DNA of 64,000 nucleotides from the NCBI GenBank assembly GCA_951406725.2, contig OX597822.1:65782001-65846000 (forward strand), read 5' to 3'. Positions 55,145 through 64,000 of this stretch are shown piece after piece. Each line of letters begins with the position of its first letter. Positions within the stretch are counted from its first letter, which is position 1. The position numbers and the translations under genes are program-made. The notes below the pieces were generated by a model. That model had not been told where the DNA came from and did no database searches. It was given only the letters and a program-made list of their open reading frames with translations. This stretch comes from Octopus vulgaris. Lineage: Eukaryota.

Positions 55145-56144
55145 CTAGGTATGCAGGCATATGTATTCGTAAATACATATATGCATATACATCGCTACGT
55201 ATATACATACAATACATATGTATATATATTTTTCACAATGAATATATATTATGTATATTAAATCGTGTATAATCATATGCATGTGTATATATGAGCGAAC
55301 TTGCTGCAGACTATGGATGTGTTTGTGCATGGGTGTACGTGTGTGTACGTGTGTGTGTGTGTGTGCGTGTGTGTACATGCATATGTATATGAATATGTAT
55401 ATATATTGCTACATAGACACATGCAGCACATAGATATAGGATTCGCAATAAATACATACTACATATTATATTATATTATATATAATTATATGTATGAGTG
55501 GACTTGTTGTAGATTGTGGGGGCGTTTGTGAGGTTGTGTGTGTGTACGTGAATGTATTTCGTGCGTGTTTATGTATGTATGTATGTATGTATGTATGTAT
55601 GCATGTATGTATGTATGTATTGTACCTTATTGATGGTCATATAGCTAGAGGAATAGGGAACAAGATTGACAGATAAATCTGTAGATAAGTAGATTGAGAG
55701 ACACATAAATATGTACAATGTCTGATTTATAGCAAACAACAAACCTCCTGCTTCCATGTCATCAAATATGAAAGACTTAAAATAAACAAACATTAATACG
55801 TTTCTATGTTAAAGTACATGGGTATCTCCAAATACACATCTATGAGTGTGTGTGTGTATGAATATATGAGTGTGCTCCTTTCTGAGTTCTCTGCCTCTTT
55901 CTTTCTTTCTTTTCATTCTTTTTTCTTTCTTTTTACTTTCTTTCTTTCTTTCTCTCTTCCTTTCTCTCTTCCTTTCTGTCTTTTCTTCTCTCTTGCTCTT
56001 CCTCTCTCTTTCTCGTTCTCTCTGTCTCTCTTTATCTCTCCCTCCCTCGCTCTGCTCCCTCTCTGTGCGAGTTTTCGCGTGTGTTTGCGATTAAGTGTGC
56101 ATATGTGCATCAGTAAATAAAGATAAAGTTAAAGACTCCTTACT

Positions 56145-56250
56145 TGGGCTCACAATCACGAGGTAGCGAGATCGGTTCCTGGAGCTTGTTCACTGTTGTG
56201 TTCTTGAGCAAGACACTTTATTTCACGTTGCTCTAGCTCACTCGGCTGTA
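56145..56250 (+). mobile_element. Old CORE-type SINE remnant
   Basis: tgttgtgttcttgagcaagacactttatttcacgttgctc follows a decayed tRNA-like head. Confidence 0.55.
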
Positions 56251-57803
56251 GGAATTATAAGCATTTTCATATTCGTATGCGACATAAATATGATATGAGT
56301 TTGACTAGTTCTTGACTAGTATTTTGATTTATTGTTATATGATTTTTACTAGTGTTTGCGATGACTATAAAGATCTAACAAGCGATTCTTCAAGTCGCTC
56401 AGGCTGCTAGCAATAGTAATGTTTATTTTCAAAAATAGTACATTCTCTCTAATTATACAAATGTGGTCCTATGAGATTGAAGTACATTCTGAATTTTCAT
56501 GCTATCGTACATCTTCAACTATTCAATTTTAATTAGGCATCTCGAAGCAAAGCCAGCTATGAATGATAGCACAGATCACACTGGTTTAAAAATTCATTGC
56601 TGCAATAAAAATTCAGAAACTGTCGGTGAGATTCGACCCACGAATCATCTAAAAGCCAATCAGACGTCTGGACTCTTTTGTTTCTGCAGCCGCCCAAGAT
56701 TCTTCTATGGAATTAAATATTTTAGTGTGGAAATCAGATACATCTACTCAAAATTTCATTATTCTTAATTTTGGAAATCAGATTTATTAACCAATCCATT
56801 TTGCTGAAGAAGATTGTTTTAAACTATTCTTTGTTGAGATATATCAGGTTTACTATGACATCGTTACTTAAAGAAAATACCATTTCTAACTTTATATTTT
56901 AGATATTTAATATTACTGGAATAAATTTAAAACTGCAATTAAAGACTAAGACACTTTAATCACCAACTAAAAAGTTTCATTGCAAAACCTTCAAGAAATG
57001 CGAACCTAAATGTCTATTAACGAATTAAACAGCAAATGATAGCTTACAACTCCATTTTTAATGCATTTAACTTTCCAGATTTCTCCCCTTATCCGCTTTT
57101 ATCCAAATTATATATTATATTAATTATTTTTTTATTTAATAAAGGTGTATAATTTCAATTAGTAGAAATTGCCTGGTTCATTACGTTATGTAAGTACGCA
57201 CTTTGGTTCTCCGTTACTTCATCCAGCTGTTAGTATTCATGTTGAATAAATTGGCTTCTAATCATAATTTGATTCCATTCTATGAGCACTTACGATCGAA
57301 AGCATACTTGTATATTTTTTTAATGATTTCAATTACAATGCGTGCTGTACATTGCTACTTATGACTAAAATAAAGTAGGTCTTCATAATAAGTAGTAAAA
57401 TTTTAGAATTAAATACGTATATTCTGATCATCTATGTTACTCTTTGATTTAAAATTCGAACTTCTACCCACGCAAGATTAACCCCCGACCCCTTAAAATA
57501 ATTGCTGCCATGTTGCCACGTGTATATATAACAATAAAGTAAGAATATAAAGTTGAATACTTTCGTGATGCCAGTTGAGAATATATTTATGAGGTTAAGA
57601 ATTTCGCTTTGCAATGACAATGTTTTTGGCGCGATTCGACCAAACAGTAACTTAGTATTGAGTTTATTTTTACCAGAATACCCACCGAACTAATACTTTG
57701 GCAGTGTTATTGTGTCACAAAATCCATGCGTTTGCACGTTTCCGACGCATATACATGCAAACATACTTGCACACACGCACATTACCCACCTCTCTCTAGC
57801 TCG

Positions 57804-57874
<71 letters not shown>

Positions 57875-58008
57875 AAAATAGTAAAGTGTGAAAAAACGAC
57901 AGAAGGCTTAAATGTTAAAAAATATATATATTTGTGTCAAAATGTCTGGAGAATATTGGAAAAATTTTTTTTTCCTTTCCTTAAAATGACATAATTTTAA
58001 AATTTTTA

Positions 58009-58048
58009 AAGAAATTACCGGTTTCGCGTGTAGCTTTTCAAATTTCTT
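58009..58048 (-). ncRNA. Minimal type I hammerhead ribozyme, U3:A8 core variant
   Basis: Minus strand reads AAGAAAU-UUGAAAA-GC(UACAC)GC-GAAA-CCGG-UA-AUUUCUU: 7-bp perfect stem I and palindromic ACCGGU stem III. Confidence 0.82.
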
Positions 58049-58184
58049 GTGACGTTATGTTTATATTGCATGGAGTTATCGTTGTTTTTATTTCCAGGAG
58101 ATTTCTAAATAAGGGGAGGTAGTGAGTGATTTCTTCCGGTGTAAGGGAGATAATCGCTTAAAATTTTTTTTTCCTTTTTCCTTG

Positions 58185-60047
58185 TTAATTTCTCTGTGTC
58201 AGTGTGTTCGGATGGTTGAGTCTGGGTTTGTACTTTTCAATGAAGAATGTTTCCTTGTTCAGTCTCATTTGTGTTGATGATCCGAAAGCACATTGGTAAA
58301 ATGGGAAGATTAAAAATTGTGGCAGTAGTTGCTTTGCGCATTTCTCAATGTGCTCACTAAAAGGTATCATTCTATATTCTGGGAATGCAATCTGTTGTCG
58401 ATGCAGTGTGCATCTACGCCTGAGTGATAGTCCCGTGGAACCCACGTAGTCTTGGTGGCAGCCCGAGCATTTAATAACATAAATTATGTTTTCAGAGGCA
58501 CAAGTAAAGTTAAATTTGATCTTAAATTTCTGTCCCTCTTTAAAGAAGAATTCTGATCCTTCCAATAGGTTAGGACATGTTGCACAGTTCGATCTACCAC
58601 ATTTTTTTACTTTTGCATCCGTAATTTTAGAAGACAGTTTTGCCTTTGTGAGAATCTTTTTAAGTGATTTAGGCTGTTTGTAGCTTTTAATGATTTGGTG
58701 TATGTTTAGAATTTCCTTTAATTTTGGGTTTTTATGAAGTATTGGTAAATTCTGGGTGATGATGGTGAAGGCTTCTTTGTTTCTGGGGTTGTATGTAGAT
58801 ATGTAAGGTAGTATTTTCGGGGAAGGTGTGTTGTGTTGAGCTTTTCTTAAAGTTTCTATGTTGATTTCTGTTGCACGTCTGATCCCATCCTCTATGAGTT
58901 GAGCTGGGTAATGTCTGTCAATTAGGGTGTTTTTGAGTTCTTGCAGTCTAAAGTTCCTGGTATTTTGTTCTGACACTATTGTGCATATCCTTCTTGCAAG
59001 GTTGAAGGGGATGTTTGTTTTAGTGTGTCTTGGGTGGCATGAATTAAAAAGAAGGTATTGTTTGGCGTCTGTGGCTTTGTAAAAAATGTCTGTTTCTATT
59101 TTAAGGTTAATTTTTTTAATTAGTATATCCAAGAACGGGAGCTCCTTTTGGTTGTATTCCATTGTGAACTGTATATTTGGGTTTATGCTGTTCAATAGGT
59201 TTTTAAATTTTAGGAGTTTATCTATGTTTTCATTCCAGAGAATGAAACAATCGTCTAGGAATCGTTTCCAATTCTCTTTTATGTATTGAGAGAGGGAGTT
59301 TCCAAAGATTGATAGAGATTCCTGGTAAATGATTATTTCCATGTATCTCATTGTTAAGTTCGCAATGACTGGTGCTGCCCTTGTACCCATAGCAATTCCG
59401 GATTTTTGACGGTAAAATGTATTGTCAAACATGAAGTGGTTATTGTGTAGGATGAATTCAATTGATTTAGTAATGAATTCCTTACTGATCCTTTTTGGTA
59501 TTTCTTCCGGAAATTGGTCTAACCAGAATTGTATTGCCTCCAGTCCATAATTATGAGGTATACTGGTATACAAGTTGACTACATCAAATGAAACCAGGAT
59601 TGTTTCTTCCTTGGTTTTTTTTGGAAGGTGGTTTAACATATCTAAGTCATCTCTGATATGGCTATCGATATGTTTAAGGAAGGGTTTCAAGAGGATGTCC
59701 ATAAGTAGACTTAGTCTGTGTGTTTCACAGGTTGGGCCAGCTACAATGGGTCGTAGTTTTAGGTCCCCCGGATTAGGTGTGTGTATGTATGTCTTTGGTG
59801 ATTTTTTAATGGTTTCATTTATAATTTGACCTTTATGAATTTTTGGCAGACCATAGAAAAGGCTAGGTTTGCATTTAAAGTTTGTTAGGAAATCAATCTC
59901 TTTGGTTGTCAGTTCCTTTTCATGGGTTTTAATTAGTGAAGATAGAGTTTTCATTATTTTTTGTGGGGTGTAGTTGGTAATTTTTTCATAATGTAGGTCT
60001 TCATCAAGCAAGGAAATTACAAGATTTCTGTAGTATGATGTATCCAT
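58185..60047 (-). CDS. PLE reverse transcriptase plus C-terminal GIY-YIG endonuclease (620 aa, N-terminally incomplete)
   Basis: FYGLPKIHK, LRPIV, SFDVVNLYTSIP, GIAMG, RFLDD, LPFLD, Cys linker CGRSNCATC, NIIYVIKC..C...YVGST, R...H, PFSEH. In-frame IKEADKG lies just upstream, preceded by a TAA at 60102-60104. Confidence 0.95.
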   Translation of the reverse strand: MDTSYYRNLVISLLDEDLHYEKITNYTPQKIMKTLSSLIKTHEKELTTKEIDFLTNFKCKPSLFYGLPKIHKGQIINETIKKSPKTYIHTPNPGDLKLRPIVAGPTCETHRLSLLMDILLKPFLKHIDSHIRDDLDMLNHLPKKTKEETILVSFDVVNLYTSIPHNYGLEAIQFWLDQFPEEIPKRISKEFITKSIEFILHNNHFMFDNTFYRQKSGIAMGTRAAPVIANLTMRYMEIIIYQESLSIFGNSLSQYIKENWKRFLDDCFILWNENIDKLLKFKNLLNSINPNIQFTMEYNQKELPFLDILIKKINLKIETDIFYKATDAKQYLLFNSCHPRHTKTNIPFNLARRICTIVSEQNTRNFRLQELKNTLIDRHYPAQLIEDGIRRATEINIETLRKAQHNTPSPKILPYISTYNPRNKEAFTIITQNLPILHKNPKLKEILNIHQIIKSYKQPKSLKKILTKAKLSSKITDAKVKKCGRSNCATCPNLLEGSEFFFKEGQKFKIKFNFTCASENIIYVIKCSGCHQDYVGSTGLSLRRRCTLHRQQIAFPEYRMIPFSEHIEKCAKQLLPQFLIFPFYQCAFGSSTQMRLNKETFFIEKYKPRLNHPNTLTQRN

Positions 60048-60210
60048 TATTACAACTGCATTTCCCTTGTCCGCTTCCTTAATGGTTATATCTTCATCAT
60101 TTTAGAGTTCTATCAGTTCTTTCAGTTCTTTCAGTTCTATCAGTTCTATATATATATATATATATATGTAAATATATCTTACTAGAAATTTCCTACTCGA
60201 CGATCTTATA

Positions 60211-60758
60211 TGGTGGCTGCCCCCTTGTTATCGAGTATGGCCATTGCATGAAGCTTAATCAATATTATTATCGTGCAATGCCTGTGCAAGAAGATTTTTT
60301 TAAAGTGAGGAAAGGCTGTGCACTGAGTCAATCCCACTCACTAAGCAACAGCAGCCATAATCCGAAAAGGAGAACAAGTCAACATCATCGGTAACCACTG
60401 AGCCGCAGGTTTTATGTCGGAGTTATCCAAGTTAACTCAGTTACATTCTTCTAGAAGGATGCCCTAACAAAGGCTAGGAGTCCTTCACTCCCAATGGTTT
60501 AACCGCGCGATCGGGTATTCAGTCCAATGTCCCCGCGCATGATACAGCCTTAAGACATTTATTGGATGGCCGTTGACTCTCAAGAGTTCCTCCGCCCTTT
60601 GACGGGTTTTGTTTTTCATCCCGCAGGGTGTCCAGTATACACCCTCCTCACCAAGCAAGCTTGGTAGGGTTGCCAGTTTAGTCGCCGACGATCCGACCAT
60701 GCAACAGGTTGTACTGGGTTACATGTTACCAGTAGCACTCGAAAGTGACCTGACATAA
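60211..60758 (-). mobile_element. Non-autonomous retroposon, probably RTE-derived, with TSD-like flanks
   Basis: GC-richer 550-bp block without a coding frame, flanked by acgatcttata (60200-60210) and acgaccttata (60759-60769). Family assignment is inference. Confidence 0.5.
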
Positions 60759-60780
60759 ACGACCTTATATATATATATAT

Positions 60781-61998
60781 AAGGTCGTCAAGTATGAAAT
60801 TTGTAGTAAGGTATATGGTAAACTTTCACAGCTGCTCATTTTGCGCCATTATTATATATTGACAGTCTTTAGTTTTTCTTAGAAAGCTAACACATCTATT
60901 TCTTTATTGTCACTCATCTTTCACCTTTATAAATTATTTATAAATCGTTTTTTGGTATTTTTGTTTAGAGATGGATAAATCGGAAATTCGTTCAGTTTTG
61001 AAATATGAGTTCTTTCTGGGAAATGCAGCATCACAGACAGCTCGGAATATTAACGGAGTAATTCCTTCGAATGTTATTACACAGCAGACAGTATCAAATT
61101 GGTTTGCAAAATTTCTCTCTGGTAACTTTGACCTCACAAATGAGCAACGCGGTAGACCGGAAACAAAGCTGGATATTAACGAACTGAAAGCCACCGTCGA
61201 GTTAGATCCATGTCAGATTACCCGTGAGTTATTGTTGTTGTTTGGTGTTACCAAGCAAAGAATATTGACTCACCTTGTTAAAATTGGTACAGTGAAAAAG
61301 TTGGATAAATGGGTTCCACATGAACTCAATGAAAATCAGACGTTTGGAAGCCTGCTTTATGCTACTTTCTCATGAAAAAAAGTGAATCAAGTTTTAATCG
61401 AATTGTAACATGTGATGAGGATGGTTGGACAAAGACCAGCAACGAAAACACAGTCCAAAAAGCAAAATTCTTCAAAAGAAGCTGATGGTGTGTGTTTGGT
61501 GGTCCGGCGTAGGTTTGATCCATTATGATTTCATTAAACTTGGCTCATCAATCACGGCTGAAGTATAACTGGAGCCAACTGGATCAAATGATGCAGAAAC
61601 TTACAAAAAAAAAAACAGCCTAGAGTAGTCAACAGATCTACTCCTATTTCATTGCAGGACAACGCCAGACCACATATCGTAAAAATGACATTGGCAAAAC
61701 TACAGGACTTACTCACCTGATCTTGCCCCACTGACTACCACTTCTTCCAGAATTTAGATAACTTTATGACAGAAAAAATATTTAATTCCGACGATGCTAT
61801 AAAACAGGCCTTCCCAGATTTTATTGACTCTAGATTACCAGGCTTTTACAGTTCCGAACTGGACAAGCTACAGCTGAAATTGCAAAAGTGCATTGACAAT
61901 ATGGGTGCATACTTTGATGAATAAAACTATTCCTTTTATTTATAAAACGTTTGCAAACTTTTTATTCTTTACTACAAATTTCATACTTGACGACCGAA
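60781..61998 (+). mobile_element. Full-length but decayed mariner transposon
   Basis: TIRs ggtcgtcaagtatgaaatttgtagtaa and ttactacaaatttcatacttgacgacc. Transposase MDKSEIRSVLKYEF...WVPHEL, IVTCDE, QDNARPH, SPDLAPTDYHFF with frameshifts. Confidence 0.95.
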
Positions 61999-62038
61999 TA
62001 TAAATATATACATACACACATGCATGCATATATATATA

Positions 62039-62089
<51 letters not shown>

Positions 62090-62103
62090 GTGTGTGTGTG
62101 TGT

Positions 62104-62167
<64 letters not shown>

Positions 62168-63263
62168 CGTCCATGTTTTATATATGCACAAAAACAGGTT
62201 CAGCAGAAAAGTAATACCATCACTTAGTAATTTCTGATCGGATTATCTTAGAGAGCGATAAAATCAGCAGCAGACAATGCAATGATATCGATTTAATCGA
62301 GTGGAACCTTTGAAGATGATGTTACCGCATGGCTGCATTCTGACGGGTGACACTTGTAGAAGAATAAGCGTAATGGCCATATTTGCATCACAGACCCATT
62401 TCTAACATACACTGTTCGATTTTTATTACATTCCCCTTAGTATTTATTATTAAAAATTACTTTTCTCAGTAAAATTCTGTTTGAGAACACGAGCACAATT
62501 ACTTTGGTGCTACACTTAGGCTTAATGTTATCGCTGAATGATTTTAGTGGGCGTTTAGTAAATATATTTGCAGTATTAAAGAGAAACCTCTTTAAGTTGC
62601 GAGTATAAGGCAATTTACTAACAATAAACAAATAGCTTGAATAAGTCTGTGAATAGTTATTCCCATGTATCGATCGAGGTTTGTTTAGTAGGGAAATAGT
62701 ATTCGGTAAGGGAAGAAGAGCTTTAATTACTGCGCAAATCAGACTCATCGTTAAAATCATTTTACGACTAACGCTCCTCATTGTGAATGAAATCAATTGA
62801 AACCAGTGGCTAGATTTTATGTCAACAATTTTATGAGCTTTGAAAGAGACCTATTAATGAAAGATAAATGAAAAAGGCCCATGAATAAAATAGTGAATTT
62901 TTTAAATACGTTCTCACTTAAAAGAATTCAGAAACTATATATGAAATTTAATGATATTTTTGCATTATTTATTGAATTTAGATTCTTTTAAACTTATTTT
63001 TATTATAACTAATAACTCCATACTTTTTGAAAAAAAGGGTATTAACTCTTCTCATTTCTCAAATGTATACAGACTAGAAAAGGCAATAATAGTGCATTCA
63101 GTTTTCACCCATCACCATCAAAATATCAAGCGAAATAATGTGTTGATGTATATTAGTTTCAATATATGACTTTTATGTTTTATATTTGAAGTAATATAAA
63201 AGGAAAAACTAAACCCCCACATTCTCTCTCTCTCTTTCTCTCTTTATATACATACACACACAT

Positions 63264-63336
<73 letters not shown>

Positions 63337-63896
63337 CTTGCATGCGTACGCGAATATATAGAATGCATACATATGCCAGACCTATACATATTTTTCATGT
63401 ATATATTGAAAATGCCTGTAGAAAAGTGCTGGTAAGTAAAACTGATATAAAATAAACTGACAGAATTCAATATTCCATAATCTGGTTAACAGGAAACACC
63501 TTTAAAATTCAATACAAACAATATAAACATTCACTAAAATTTAAATGAAGCAATATAGCTAACGCATTTCATTATCACAATAGCAGCTCAAAGGACTAAA
63601 TAGCTACTCCATAAAATGGAGCATGGATAAAAATGGCAAACCCATAGTACATGCAAACCATAGCATATGCAGCTTGTATTTAAAATAGTGAATAGTTGTG
63701 TTAAAATAATGAATATAGCGACCAATGTATTGAATACAAGAGACGAGTGTTTGCTCCATATGTCTAGAGAAAAGAAATTTCATGACTTTAAATATATGTC
63801 TGTAACGCCAGCCCACCTTATGTATTGCAATCTGAATAATTTCGAATATCTACTTCATGCGGAGTCATCTGCTTTTGAAAAGATTGAACACGGTAA

Positions 63897-63970
<74 letters not shown>

Positions 63971-64000
63971 ATATGTTACAATTACTCAATAGTCAAGATA

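Larger units (their letters stand above)
57872..60147 (-). mobile_element. 5'-truncated Penelope-like retroelement, Neptune-like
   Basis: RT+GIY-YIG ORF and a ~310-bp 3' region with an HHR. (TA)n on both sides. Confidence 0.95.

Noticed and set aside
63363-63437. Other short ATG-to-donor frames (also 24835-24870 and ~28652-28675)
   Set aside because: Short, of other phases and expected by chance; they show the background rate that limits confidence in the phase-1 exon hypothesis.

Overview
AT-rich, microsatellite-saturated eukaryotic DNA, not prokaryotic. The SINE repertoire suggests an octopus or other coleoid cephalopod (inference). Most listed ORFs are translations of (TA)n/(CA)n/(AG)n tracts. 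The window is mainly transposon debris: tRNA-derived SINEs, CR1-, RTE- and L1/Tx1-type LINE fragments, mariner/Tc1 relics and MITEs. It may be intronic to a plus-strand gene, whose best candidate coding exon is 8564-8761. The highlight is a set of Penelope-like elements (PLEs) inserted in (TA)n tracts and carrying hammerhead-ribozyme (HHR) motifs. (1) A young Naiad-like PLE (16729-22015) has a 1065-bp near-perfect inverted terminal repeat, Asn-rich linker expansions and an HHR with an 85-nt stem II; it is nested in a SINE that is itself nested in a mariner. (2) A Neptune-like PLE (57872-60147) has an intact 620-aa RT+GIY-YIG frame and a minimal U3:A8-variant HHR. (3) Three short non-coding elements carry HHR-like motifs. 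Five of the six HHR motifs lie on the minus strand. Several near-perfect fold-back hairpins and local inverted SINE duplications also occur, mostly beside (TA)n tracts.
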